Source: Mobula hypostoma
Lineage: Eukaryota
Direction: 5' to 3'
Assembly (NCBI RefSeq): GCF_963921235.1
Contig: NC_086109.1
Coordinates: 15,254,001 to 15,318,000, forward strand
DNA length: 64,000 nucleotides
Both the position numbers and the translations under genes were made by a program. The notes below the pieces were generated by a model. That model was not told where the DNA came from and ran no database searches. It was given only the letters and a program-made list of their open reading frames with translations. Of the stretch, positions 13,279-26,046 are shown in pieces. How positions within the stretch are numbered: the first letter of the stretch is position 1; each line of letters opens with the position of its first letter.

Positions 13279-13979
13279 CGTTGAGACCAGGTTAGGTACT
13301 CAGAGATCTTGACACCCAGGAACTTCAGACTGCTCACTCTCTCCACTTCTGATCCCTCTATGAGGACTGGTTCATGTTCCCTCGTCTTATCCCTCCTGAA
13401 GTCCACAATCAGCTCTTTGGTCTTACTGACATTGAGTGCAAGGTTGTGGCTGCGACACCACTCAACTAGCTGGTATATCTTGCTCCTGTACGCCCTCTCA
13501 TCTCTACCAACAATGGTTGAAAATTGCCATTCCAGGCAACATGCTAGTGAATATCCTGTGCAACATAATCCTTCTCTTATAGGATTAAATCGGGGGAATT
13601 GCTGGGCAGCGTGGCTTGAAGGTCTGGAAGGGCATATTCCATGCTCTATGCCAATAAGTAGATACATCAAATAAATACATGTAAATTGAATAACAATAAA
13701 CTTGAATTTAAATTTAAAACTGGAGGACACAGGTGGTTTAAAAGGAATCTGAGGAATATTTATTTTTATTTTGAGGGTGTTTGAACATGCTGCTGCTGGA
13801 CTCTTGATATAACCCTTTTAAAAGCTTCCCAGTTCCCGACTGTTCCTTTTACTTGAATAGAGTCATTTAGTCAACTCTGGCTTGATCCTGCCTAATGCCT
13901 TGAAAGCTGGCCTTGCTCCAGTTCAGGACTTTAACCTGTGAACCTGTTCTTTTTCCATAAGTATTTAAAAACTAATGGA

Positions 13980-14635
13980 ATTAGATTAGATTAGATTCAA
14001 CTTTATTGTCATTGTGCCGAGTACAGATACAAAGCCAATGAAATGCAGTTAGCATCTGACCAGAAAGGCAAAGAATAGTGTTATTTACAAAATAACCATG
14101 AATAAAAAGTGCTACAGCACACAAATATAAAAGCACTGAGACAGTACAATATGGGTGCAATACTGCTTAGCGCTGTGATGTGAGGTTCAGCAGGGTCACA
14201 GCCTCAGGGAAGAAGCTCTTCCTGTGCCTGCTGGTGCGGGAGCGGAGGCTCCTGTAGCGCCTACCGGATGGGAGGAGAGTAAAAAGTCCATGGTTAGGGT
14301 GAGATGCATCCTTGATAATGCTTTTCGCCCTGCTCAGGCAGCATTTATAGTAGATGATCTCAATGGTGGGCAATTGGGTGCCAATAATCCACTGGGAAAT
14401 TTTCACCACACGCTGGAGTGCTTTGTGGTCCGATACGGGACAATTGCCATACCATACTGAGATACAGTTGGTGAGTATGCTCTCAATGGTACAGTGGTAA
14501 AAGTCCATCAGTATCCTGGGACAGAGGTGAGCTTTCTTGATGCTCTGCAGGAAATAAAGGCGCTGTTGCACCTTTTTGATCAGGATGGAGGAGTTCAGGG
14601 ACCAGGTGAGATCCTTGGAAATTGTGGTCACAGAC
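13980..14635 (-). mobile_element. Rex1/Babar LINE 3' fragment, little decayed
   Basis: Open C-terminus ISKDLTWS..QQRLYFL..IESILTNCISVWYG..LLPSGRRYRSL; (AATCT)n tail. Confidence 0.92.
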
Positions 14636-14732
14636 ACAAAATGCTCCCCAGCTGCCACTTCAGTTACTTGGCCTGCCTTGTTCCCTAAGAGAAGGTCCTC
14701 TATTGCTCCTTCCAGAGTAGATTCCTCTGGAT

Positions 14733-14798
14733 CAGGGGTCCACAGACCCCTCGGTCAATGGTAGGGGTCAATGCCATAAAAAAGGTGGGGAACCCTTG
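14733..14798. mobile_element. hAT MITE, deleted copy
   Basis: CAGGGGTC..GGGAACCCTTG; same family as 21099, 25966 and 27365. Confidence 0.7.
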
Positions 14799-15294
14799 CT
14801 CTATAAATTGTGTCAGGAAACTGTCTTGGAGACATCACACAAGTGCTGCCCCTTCCAAGACCTTTGTACTCTGGTAACCCAGTTGACACAGGGAAAGTTA
14901 ATATCTCCCACTATTACTACCCAACTATTCTCACAACTACATGCATTTTCTCAATACATTGGCGCCTCAAGTTCCTGCTGACTACGGGGGGTGGGGGGGC
15001 ATCTGTAATGTTTTTATTTCAACAAAAATACAGAAGATTTTCTCATTCTTGCTGAGTTTGAACAAGCTGACTCCAGATCTTCCATTGACTAAATTTCAAA
15101 ATGTCTTTGCTTCAGGGTGACCTCTTCTCTCAACGTTTCAATGTGTTTCTTTACTTTACAGTGATTTTTTGCTTGGCTGCAGAAATAGCTCTCTTTGGCT
15201 ATAGAAGTTCATTGGCAGCACGGAATCTTGTCAATATAGTAACAAGAGACCCTTTGGTGATCCATCCTAACCAAAGAATTCCTATTTCGCCAGA

Positions 15295-15580
15295 TTTAAA
15301 ATGAGCTTTATTTGTCACGTGTATATCAAGACATCAAAACATATTGTTAAATGTGTTGCTTGTGTTGACAACCAACACGATCTGAGGATTGTGCTGGGGA
15401 GGGGTGGAGGACAGCCCATAAGTGTTGCCGTGCTTCTGACATGTCCATAGCATGCCCACAAATTACTAACCCTAACACCTATGTTATTTTCGGAATGTGG
15501 GAGGTGTGGGAATTGAACCGCGGTCGGGGATCGCTGGTTCTGTAACGTGTTGCACTAACCGCGACTCTACTGTGCCATCT
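15295..15580 (-). mobile_element. SINE with tRNA-like head and Rex-type tail
   Basis: GGAATTGAACC B-box (reverse); tail shared with copies near 22.9, 26.1 and 52.8 kb. Confidence 0.6.
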
Positions 15581-15689
15581 CTAACCATACTATCCTTACA
15601 AGTAATCTTCACAAGTATCCTTGTAAATAATCACACTGTCCTTATGAACCTTTGTCTGTTTTACCCTGTTCTGTCCTTAGAGTCACAGC

Positions 15690-16990
15690 AAAATGAAAAT
15701 CTACCATCAAGTCTACAGATGCGCAGTGCGGAGCATCCCGACATGCTACATCACTGCATGGTATGGAAATTGCTCTGCGCTGAACAGGAAGGCTCCAGAT
15801 CTTGTAGCCAAAACTGCCCAAAGCATCACCGGCACCAGCCTATCCACCGTCAAGGATGTATATACAGAAAGGTGACCGATAAAGGCCAGCAATATCATGA
15901 CGGATCCCACCTGCCCGGCTGATGGACTGTTGGCTCCACTTCCATCAAAGAGGAGGCTACGTAGCATCCACACCAGGACCAACAGACTCAAAAATGGTTA
16001 CTTTCCTCAAACAGTAATGTTGTTCAACACCTCCACCACTACTTTATCATTTCCTGTCAGAGACACCTTATATACAGGCACTCCTGTGCCGAGTATCACT
16101 TTATGGTCAAACAATCAATCTATGACGCTGAGATATATCCTAGGATGTGTTGGCACAGATCATCAGTGATGTAACCTGGGGTTATTGGGTATTTGGGGTC
16201 TTTCAACAACAGACACTCTTGCCCTGGTGACCCAGTCAGGGTTGATCAGCCCCTGGCTTGTGTCCCAGTAGCATTGGTCCACGAGCCACATTTCTTCATC
16301 CATAGCCATCTGAAGGTCCACCCAGCAGCCTCTGTGACAGTCCTGATGGCTCTTTTCTTTGCAGCGCCCGTAGTGCCATGGAGAGAATAAGTTCTGCACA
16401 GCAAGCAGGCCACTAAACCTCCACACACTACCTCTATAGCTTATATGTATATAAACACCTACACACATCCTCTATAGCTTATAGGTATATAAATGCATTT
16501 ATTGCATTTTTTATTATTGTGTTCTTTATCTTATTTTTTCTGCTGAATCAGATCTGGAATAACAATTATTTCATTCTCCTTTTCACTTGTGTACTAGAAA
16601 TGAAATTAAATAATCTTGAGACTTGACTATTGAATGTTGTCCATCATTAAGGAACCCCATCACCCAGTACATGCCCTCTTCTCATTGTTACTATCAGGAA
16701 GGAGGTGCAGGACCCTGAAGGCACACACTCAACGATTCAGGAACAGCTTCTTCCCCTCTGCCATCCGATTTCTGAATGGACATTAAACCCATGAACACCA
16801 CCTCACTTTTTCTTATTATTTCTGTTTTCGCACTATTTTTAATTTAACTATTTAATATACACTTTAAAAATATGTATACTGTAGTTCATTTAATTATTTT
16901 TTCTATATTTATCATATGTTCTATTGTACTGCTGCCACGAAGTTATCAAACTTCATGACATATGCTGGTGATATTAAACTTGATTCTGAT
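15690..16990 (+). mobile_element. Two adjacent Rex1/Babar 3' fragments
   Basis: YRCAVRSIPTCYITAWYGNC; LPSKRRLRSI; tails at ~16620 and ~16985. Confidence 0.8.
16140..16430 (-). mobile_element. Hero-like (RLE clade) LINE 3' end
   Basis: CGGLVACLLCRTYSLHGTTGAAKKRAIRTVTEAAGWTFRWLWMKK resembles the Hero C-terminus (GCRGF..RAI..EAAE.ASRWLW.K), followed by a 3' UTR. Confidence 0.7.
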
Positions 16991-17361
16991 ACTTAGTAAT
17001 TTTTGACTCAATTCCCTGTGTGATGATCATTCACTGCTTTGGGATCGGCGATGTAAGCACAGTTCCTGGATATATAACACACTTTTCTTGGTGGATTAAT
17101 CAGTCTTTGACTGGCATTGACAGCACCTTGAACAACACGTTTTCCTGACCAATCAATTGCTGTCATGCCTAATTACTCCCTGAAGTATTCTATCAGGCAT
17201 TGTGCACTAACATGCTAATTGGAACGTAAGGAGAAAAAGAATTTGGAGATAAAGCTGACAGTGAAGGGGTCCTTGCGCATCCCTGGGAAACGCAAGTACC
17301 GCTTTAGTGAAAAAAGTTATAATTTACGTCCCATGGCTTCATTAGACACACGAGCAACAAT

Positions 17362-17930
17362 CTGAATCAGGTTTACTATCACCAGCATGTGTCATGAAAT
17401 TGGTTATCTTTGCAGCAGTACAATGCAATAGATGATAAATAAGTATAGAGAAAAAAGCTGAATTACATTAAGTATATAAATGTTTATTAAATAGTTAAGT
17501 TAAGTAGTGCAAAATAATAGACATAAAAGTAGTGAGCTAGTGTTCATGGGTTTAATATCCATTTGGAAATCTGATGGCAGAGGGGAAGAAGCTGTTCCTG
17601 AATCACTGAGTGTGTGCCTTCAGGGTCCTGTACCTCCTTCCTGATGGTAACAATGAGAAGAGGGCATGTCCTGGGTGGTGGGGGTTCTCAATGATGGACG
17701 CCACCTTCCTAAGGCACCGCTCCTTGAAGATGTCTTGGATACTATGGAGGATAGTACCCATGGTGAAGCTGACTAATTTTACAAATTTCTGCAACTTACT
17801 CCGATCTCGTGCTGTAGCAACACCACCTCCCCCCCAACCAGCCATTCTGCAGCCAGTCCGAATGCTCTCCACAGTTCGTTTGTAGAAGTTTTTGAGTGTT
17901 TTAGTTGATAAACCAAATCTCCTCAAACTT
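17362..17930 (-). mobile_element. Rex1/Babar 3' fragment
   Basis: ORF 17603-17926 RRFGLSTKTLKNFY..HPGHALFSLLPSGRRYR. Confidence 0.88.
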
Positions 17931-18708
17931 ATTGCAATATCACTGCAATCTTTCTCAAGTGGTCAATGAGTAGCAAGCTGACGAATTGGAGAGTGACTTC
18001 TAAAACTTATTGGCTCTGAGATATCTTATGTATGAAGTGGATAGATGTGTTATGCATCACATTTGCCTTGTGTGAACTGACTGGAATGTTTCCAATATTA
18101 TAGCATGGACTACCCATCCACAATGGCTGTAAAAATCTTTGGGATGCACTATGATGATGAAAAGTGATAAAAATTCAAGTTGTTCCTTCTTTTAGAATCT
18201 GTGTACTTGGTGATGAGTGATGATGGGGTTTGAATCAGAGCTGCAACGATTGAATTTCCTCTTAAGTAGACTTAACAGCTGAAAATGGCCACTTGCAATT
18301 GGTATGGCAGTTATCTGGTACAACATGAGATTGATTTTTAATCATTTTCCAGGACGTTGAGATTGCAGGAAAAGTCATACTTATTTCACCTCCCAAATTA
18401 CTCTTGAGAAGTTGATGGAGAACTGCCTTCTTGAACTACGATCTTTAATACGGTAAAAGTCCACTTGTAATGCTATTGGTTAGTGAGTTCCAGGATGGAG
18501 GCCCAGAGGTAACAAAAGAAGATCGATTTTCAGATCAGGACACCAATGAATTAAACATGATTTTCTTTTTTTTTTTGCACATTTTTCATTTAACTCAATC
18601 TAAATTTATCTTCTGGCATGCTGGGATTTGAACACATATCTCCAGATCAGATGAGCAGATCAGTGGCAGATGAAAATAAAATTTTGTAAAATGGTCATGC
18701 ATTTAGAG

Positions 18709-18887
18709 AACAACACACACAACAAGCTGGAGGAGCTCAGCAGGTCAGCCAGCACCTATGGAGAGGAATAGATAGAGACCCTCCTGACAATGGGGTCTCT
18801 GCCAGCAATGTCGACCATCTATTCCTCTCCATAGATGCTGCCTAACCGGCTGACGTCCTCCAGCATTTTGTGTGCGTTTCTCGAGTT
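18709..18887. mobile_element. Penelope-like fold-back insert
   Basis: Inverted arms; flanked by ATGCATTTAGAG and ATGCATTTACAG. Confidence 0.75.
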
Positions 18888-19224
18888 TATGCATTTACAG
18901 AGGACTATTAAGGTTGAGATATTCCTAGTTGCTGGTAGGAGCCTAGACAATATGAAAGAACCATAAGATGATAAGGTATAGGAGCAGAGTTAGGCCATTT
19001 GGCCCATCGAGTCTTCTCCGCCATTTCATCATGGCTGATCCATTTTCCATCTCAGCCTCAATCTCCTGCCTTCTCCCCATATCCCTTCATGCCCTGACCA
19101 ATCAAGAATCCATCCACCTCTGCCTTAAATAAATGTAATGACTTGGCCCCCACTGCTGCCTGAGGCAACAAACAGAGGTAAGGATCTTTGAAGGCATAAA
19201 TGCGAGACATTTTGCAGATCATAA

Positions 19225-20240
19225 ACATGAAAAGTTCTGCATATGCTGAAAATCCACAACAACACACACAAAACGCTGGTGGGACTCAGCAGGTCAGGCA
19301 GCATCTGTGGAAATGAATACAGTCAATGTTTCAGGCTGAGACCTTTCTTCAGGACTGGAAAGGATGGGGGAAGATACCAGTTAAAAAAGGTGGAGGAAGG
19401 GGGAAGGAGGCTAGCTAGAAGGTGATAGGGGAAGCCAGGTGGGTGGGAAAGGGAAAGAGCCGAAGATGAACGAATTCGATAGGAGAGGAGAATGGACCAG
19501 AGGAGAAAGGGAAGGAGGAGGAGTCCCAGGTGAGAAAAGGTAACAGACCAGAGTGGCCCCAGCAGGCACAGGAAGAGCTTCTTCCCTGAGGCTGTGACAC
19601 TGCTGAACCTCACATCACAGTGCTAAGCAGTTTTGCACCCATATTGCACTGTCTCAGTACTTTCATATTTGTGTGCTGTAGCACTTACTTTAATTCGCAG
19701 TTATTTTGTAAATAACACTATTCTTTGCATTTATGGTCAGATGCTAAATGCATTTCATTGGCTTTGTATCTGTACTCGGCACAATGACAATAAAGTAGAA
19801 TCTAATCTAATCTAATAATAGATGGGAGGGATGAATTTTTTACTTGATAACACAAAAAATGCGGATGAACTCAGCAAGGCAGGCAGCATCTATGGAGGAA
19901 TACGCAATTAACATTTTGGGCCAAGACCCTTCTTCAGGACTGGAAGGGGGAAGAAGCCAGAATAAGGTGGTGAGGGGTAGAGAAGGGGGTACAAGTTGGC
20001 AGGTAATAGGTGAAACCAGGCAGGGGGAAGGTTTGGGGGGGGAGAAGTGAGAAGATAAGTGGAAGGGGCAAAAAAGGCTGAAGAAGAAAGCATCTGCTAG
20101 GACGGATCATAGAGAAAGGGAAGGAGGAGGGGCACCAGAGGGAGGTAATGAAGAGAAGGAAAGGGAGAAGAGTGGAGCCAGAATGGGGAATGGAAAAAGA
20201 GAGAAGGGAGAGAAATTACTGGAGGTTAGATAAGTTCACT
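19225..20240 (-). mobile_element. Two Penelope-like terminal-repeat fragments separated by a Rex tail (19557-19815)
   Basis: CTCAGCAGGTCAGGCAGCATC motif, hammerhead-like cores at 19321 and ~19905, purine-rich tracts; minus-strand ..LSNLQ* near 20215-20240 resembles a Penelope ORF end. Confidence 0.7.
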
Positions 20241-20269
20241 GAAGGCTACAGCACACATGGATAAAAGGT

Positions 20270-21300
20270 CATATGGTTTCCTTCTCCAGGAGGAAGGATA
20301 TAGAATGTAAGAGCATGATGATTAGGGTATAACGATTTAACATATGTTAGACCACATTTGGAGTATTGATTACATTACTGATCATTAGGCCAGAGAAAGC
20401 ATGATTGTATTGGAGGGTGTGCAGAGGATGTTTCCTGGGATGGAGTGTATGAGGACAGACTTGACAAGCTGGGTTTGTTTCCTTGAGGTGGAATAGGCTG
20501 AGGGAGAAGAGCATGACTGAGGTATACAAAATTTTGAGGGGCATAGATGGGATAGATAGTGAGAAACATTTGCCTTAGCAGAGTTGCCTATAGCCAGAGC
20601 ACACAGTTTGAGGTAAGGGGTAGAAAATTTGGAGGGGGCCTAAGGAAGAGTTCTTTCAGACTGAGGTTGGTTGAAGTCTGTAATGCATTGCCGGAGGTAG
20701 TGGAACCCTAATAACTTTTAAGGAGTATTTAGATAAACAATTAAAATGCTATGGCTTAGAAGATTAACATCTGGGTACTGGAAATGTGATTAGTATTGAC
20801 ATGTACTTGATTGCCAGCACCGAAAGGGCCTGTTTCTGAGCTCTATGGCTCTGTAAGTTCAAGAGACATAGAGCTACAGAGCACTACTGCGCAGAAACAG
20901 ATTCTTTGGCCCCCTAGTCTGTGCTGAACTATTATTCTGCCTCATCGCATCGACCTACACCAGGACCATAGTCCTCCCATCCACATACTTATCTAAAGTT
21001 CCCTTAAATGTTGAAATCAAACCCACATTTACCATTTCCACTGGCAGCTCATCGCACATTCTGAGTGAAGAAGTTTCCCCCTCATGTTCACTTTAAACCA
21101 GGGGTTCCCAACCTTTTTTATACCATGGATCAATACTATTAAGCAAGGGGTCTGTGGACTGCAGTTTGGGAAACCCTCCCTTAAACTTTTCATCTCTCAC
21201 CTTTAACACATGGCCTCTAGTTCTAGTCTCACTGAATCTCAGTGGTAAAAGCCGACCCTATCTATACCCCTCATAATTTTGTATACCTCCATAAGATATA
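20270..21300. mobile_element. Two CR1 3' fragments, tail-to-tail (+ then -)
   Basis: + strand VRPHLEY..EVYKILRGID to ~20855; minus-strand CR1 end from ~20865. Confidence 0.75.
21099..21178. mobile_element. 80-bp hAT MITE with 8-bp TSD
   Basis: CTTTAAAC|CAGGGGTTCCCAA..TTGGGAAACCCTC|CCTTAAAC, inserted in CR1. Confidence 0.88.
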
Positions 21301-21315
21301 CTAAAATTAAATCCA

Positions 21316-21737
21316 GATATTTAGCTTCCTAGTGTAGAAACTGAATGACTAAATTGAGTTTAGTTTAAGAGATGCATTCAGTCCAGGAAAAGTCCTGGTG
21401 CTAAATATAACATAAATATATTTATTCCGATCTGTATTGCCCATTCTGACTTTTAATTCAATTAACTATTTTTCCACCAGCTGCTCTGACTAGTGTTTCC
21501 AACATTATTCGATAATAAATTTACATTGAACTTTGAACTATGAGATATTTGACTTCCTAGTGTAGGAACTTGAAATTCAGCTTTCTTTAAGAGATGACAT
21601 ATAGTCCAGAAAATAATCCTGGTGCTAAATATAGTTTAAATATGTTTATTCTGACCTCTTTATTGCCCATTTTAAAATTTTGTTTAATTAACTAATTTTT
21701 CCACCAACTGCTCTGGCTAGTGCTGCCTACATTATTC
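21316..21737. repeat. Diverged direct duplication of a ~195-bp unit
   Basis: 21316-21510 and 21544-21737 align (CTTCCTAGTGTAG..CCTGGTGCTAAATATA..TTCCACCA.CTGCTCTG..ACATTATTC). Confidence 0.85.
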
Positions 21738-22149
21738 ACCTCAGCACTGCAATGCCTGAATACCACAGAGAACTAGATGTACCTGTACTTAAGTGCAGCA
21801 ATATTCACTTTTCACACTTCGCTATTATACCCTGATACTCTCCTGTGACAACAATCTAATTTAAGTCAATGCTGACCTCCCAACAAACTGTCAAGCTCCA
21901 CTCTTTGCATCCTTGAAGAAAGGTGTAATGCTGATAATGGAGTCAAGGGGGACCAAGAATTGAGTTAAATGATGGTGAACAGAGAATCAGCTGATGAAAA
22001 ATTAATACTACTACTCTGAGTGAGTGAAGTAGAGGTGCCAGCTGCTGGTTTGACACCAAGAGTTATTGGAAACTCTATGCACCTTTTTAAAATTCATTGT
22101 TCCGGATCTGGGAGTTGCTGGCAGGCCATTATTGACAGCCTTTTCTTAA

Positions 22150-22375
22150 TCACGAGATTCTGCAGATGCTAGAAATCCAGAGCAACACACACACACACAA
22201 AGTGCTGCAGGAACCCAGAATGTCTGGCAACGTCAATGGAAAGGAACAAACAGTCGATGTTTCGAGCCGAAACCTTTAATCGGGACTGGAAAAGAAGGGT
22301 CTTGGCCCAAAGGGAATCCTGGTTCCTTCCCCCTTCCTTTCCTGTCCTGATGAAGGGTCTTAGCCCAGAACAGGG
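22150..22375. mobile_element. Rearranged Penelope-like remnant
   Basis: GAGATTCTGCAGATGCT head; two degenerate hammerhead-like halves in opposite orientation. Confidence 0.65.
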
Positions 22376-22479
22376 TAATATGCGACTTAGAAAGGATCCT
22401 CTATAAAGTAGCATCTCATTCACCTGTTAGTTTTTTTCTTTTTGATAGTAGGGATTGTGGCTGTAAAATGAATTGGGCT

Positions 22480-23740
22480 TCAACTCCTCCGCTGTTTTTG
22501 CGAATTTGTGCGATCTCCTAGTGACCATGTGGGCTTCCTGTGGGTGCTCCAGTTTCCTCCTGCATTCCAAAGATGTATCGGTTAGGGTTAGTCATAGTCA
22601 TAGTCATACTTTATTGATCCTGGGGGAAATTGGTTTTCGTTACAGTTGCACCATAAATAATAAATAGTAATAGAACCATAAATAGTTAAATAGTAATATG
22701 TAAATTACGCCAGTAAATTATGAAATAAGTCCCGGACCAGCCTATTGGCTCAGGGTATCTGACCCTCCAAGGGAGGAGTTGTAAAGTTTGATGGCAACAG
22801 GCAGGAATGACTTCCTATGATGCTCTGTGCTGCATCTCAGTGGAATGAGTCTCTGGCTGAATGTACTCCTGTGCCCACCCAGTACATTATGTAGTGGATG
22901 GGAGTCAGTAAGTTGTGAGCATGTTATGTTGGCACTGGAAGTGCAGTGAGATTTGTGTGCTGCCCCCAGCACATCCTCAGATATGTTGATCAGTGATACA
23001 CACCATGCATTTCACCATAAGTTTCAATTTTGCTGAGACTCGGCATGACATCTAAAACTTTGGCAAACTTCTATAGATAGTTGAGAGTATATTTACTGGC
23101 TGTATCACAGCCTGGTATGGAAACACCAGTAACCTTAACTGAATAATCCTACAAAAAGTAAAGGGTACAGCCAAGTCAATCATAGGTAAGGTTCTCCCAA
23201 CCATTGAATGTACCTACATGAAATGCTGTTGCAGGTATGCAGCATCCATCATCAGGAACCCAATCACCCAGGACATGATCTTTTCTCACTGCTGCCATCA
23301 AGAAGAAGGATAAGACCATCAGGACCCATACCACCAGGTTTAGGAACAGTTATTACCCCTCAACCATCAGGCTCTTGAACCAAAGGGGATAACTTCACTC
23401 AACTCATGTGCCCCATGATTGAAATGTTCCCAGAACCTATGGAATCACTTTCAAGGACTCTTCATCTCATGTTCTCGATATTTATTGCTTATTTACTTAT
23501 TATTATTATTATTTCTTTCTTTATATATGTGTACAGTTTTTTGTCTTTTGCACACTGGTTAAGTGCTGAAGTTGGTGCAGTCTTTCATTGGTTATGGTTA
23601 TTATCATATAGATTTATTGAGTATTCCCACAAGAAAATGAATCTCAGGGTTGTATATGCTGACATATATGTACTTTAATAATAAATTTACTTTGAACTTT
23701 TGAAATACATGTGACAAATAAACCTAATCTTTTAATCTCT
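22480..23740. mobile_element. SINE with nested Rex fragments (22590-22905 minus; 23030-23700 plus)
   Basis: GGGTGCTCCAGTTTCCTCC core; HPLH..FLPVAIKLYN; Rex 3' UTR ending AATAAATTTACTTTGAAC; SINE tail resumes ~23705. Confidence 0.7.
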
Positions 23741-23789
23741 TTTGTTGGGGCATGCTGTTCGCGTAATTTGGGAGAGAGTGTGCGATACT

Positions 23790-24792
23790 GAATTTGCTAA
23801 TAGGGGAATGAGGCAGGGCAGGTGACAAAAGTTTGTGTAGGGGAACACTTTGCATCTGGTGACCACAATGTCATTAGTTTCAAAGTAAGTATGCTAAAAA
23901 AAAAGATCTGGTCCACGATTTGAGATTCTAAATTGGGGAAAGATCAATTTTGATGGTATCAGAAATTATCTGGTAAGTGTGGATGGGGACAGGCTGTTTT
24001 CTGGCAAAGGTGTACTTAGTAGGTGGGAGGCTTTCAAAAGTGAAATTTTGAGAGTATAGAGCTTGTATGTCTCTATCAGAATAAAAGGTAAAGATAATAA
24101 GTACAGGGAATCTTGGTTTTCAAGAGATATTGAGGTTCTGGTTATGAGAAAAAAGGAGTTGCATAGAAGGCACAAGCAGGTAGGAACGAACGAGATGGGA
24201 TGTTATGTTGAAGTTGTGTAAGATGTTGGTGAGGACTGATTTGGAGTATTGTGTGCAGTTTTGGTCACAACCTACAGGAAAGATGTAAACAAGGTTGAAA
24301 GAGTGTAGAGAAAACTTACAAGGATATTGTCAGGTTGGAGAAACTGAGTTATAAGGTAAGATTGAATAGGTTAGGATTATATTCTTTAGAACATAGAAGA
24401 CTGAGAGGAGATTTCATAGAGGTATACAAAATCATGAGGGATATAGATAGGGTAAATGCAAGCAGGCTTCTTCCACTAAGATTAGGTAGGACCACAACCA
24501 GAGGTCATGGGTTAAGTGTGAAAGGTTAAAAGTTTAAGGGGAACATGAGGGGAAACTTCATCACTCAGCAGGTCGTGAGAGTGTGGAATGAGCTGGCAGC
24601 ACAAGCACTGCATGTGAACTCGATTTCTATGTTTCAGAGAATTTTGGATAGATAGGTGAATACATGAATGGTAGGGGTATGGAGGCCTATGGTCCTGGAG
24701 CAGGTCAATGGGAATAGGCAGATTAAATGGTTTTGGCATGGACTAGTTGGGACGAAGGACCTGTTTATGTGTTGTACTTTTCTATGACTCTA
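23790..24792 (+). mobile_element. CR1 with internal deletion
   Basis: Endonuclease end (SGDHN) joined to C-terminus RLNRLGLYSLEHRRLRGDFIEVYKIM. Confidence 0.85.
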
Positions 24793-25965
24793 AGTGAACA
24801 ATATTTCATTATGACCCAGTGACAGTGGAAATACTTTGGAGCATCAAGAGGTGAGTCACTCTTAAGCATGTCAAGAAATATGTGATATCCAGCTCCTGAA
24901 TGCCTTTTTTAGCAATAAGATTTATGTTGCTGGTGCAGTTGAGTTTATGATCAATAGTAACCCCCAGACTGTTGACATTTGAAGACTTGGTATTAATAGA
25001 CCCATTGATGGCTGACAGGCATTTGTTTGTTTTGTGAGCTCACAGACATCTGCCAAGAGTACAAAATAATCTTTCTTTAGGGAAGACAGACACTTCTAAA
25101 AGGAAATAATGCCATTGAGGGGAATCATACGCTCTATTGAGAATACTTATGTCAAGAATGAGCCAATAACATGTTCATAATGGTTCAACCAAGAGGTCAC
25201 AGCCAATATTAAAATTAATGTATTGAATAGATTGTGAAAGCTTTTGTAAGTATATAAAAAGAAAAGGATTAGTAAAGACAAATTTAAGTCCCTGACATTA
25301 AGATACAGGAAAATTTATAATGGGGAACAAAGAAACGGCAGAACAATTAGATACATCTTCATGGAAGTAAGTCTACATCCCTTCTCGGGAAAACTAGGCA
25401 ACCAGGACTCAATAAAAATGAGAGAATAAAGGAAATTAACGTTAGTAAAAAGATAGTGCTAAAGAAATTAATGGTACCAAAACCCAACAATCTGCATTCA
25501 AAGAGAGATAGCTGTGAAAGTAGTGAATAATTTAATTGTCATAATTAAAAGCCTGTGGAAAGTTTCCAGTTTCAGAAGAGAAACATGCATTGATGTTCCT
25601 TCAGGGATCGGTGTTGGGAATGCTCTTCTTACTGTGGGGTTTCTCTGGGTGCTCCGGTTAATTCCCACATTCCTAAAACGTGAGGGTTAGTGAATTGTGG
25701 GCATTGTATGTTGGCACCATAAGCACAGTGACACTTGTAGGCTGCTTCTCTCCAAGAAAAGACAACCATCACTGAGCATTGGTGGTGGAGCAAGGTAATG
25801 GCTGCATTTGGGACAACCAAGTGGATTGCAATGCCATGTATGGTTTAGAGTTTTCCTGAGCGTTGCTGAAGTTGCACTCACCCAGGTAAGTGAGGAGCAT
25901 TCCATCTCACTCCTGACCTGAGCCTTCCAGATGGTGGAGAGACTTTGTTGGAAGAGCGGTATGTT

Positions 25966-26046
25966 CAGTGGTTCCCACACCTGGGGTCTACAGACCCCTG
26001 GATTAATGGTAGGGGTCCAAGGCGTAATAACGTTTGGGAACCCCTG
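25966..26046. mobile_element. 81-bp hAT MITE with 8-bp TSD
   Basis: GGTATGTT|CAGTGGTTCCCA..TGGGAACCCCTG|GGTGTGTT. Confidence 0.88.

Larger units (their letters stand above)
11745..13515 (-). mobile_element. Rex1/Babar LINE 3' part with two nested insertions
   Basis: LALNVSKTKELIVDFRR..FLGVKISE; FYRCTMESILTGCITVWYG; (TGATTC)n tail; interrupted at 11855-12250 and 12760-13278. Confidence 0.88.

Noticed and set aside
14167..14658. 163-aa ORF as a host gene
   Set aside because: It is the Rex1/Babar RT C-terminus, repeated many times in the window, with a LINE tail.
15101..15304. Small hydrophobic ORF or exon
   Set aside because: Acceptor-like sites are present, but there is no matching donor or recognisable homology.
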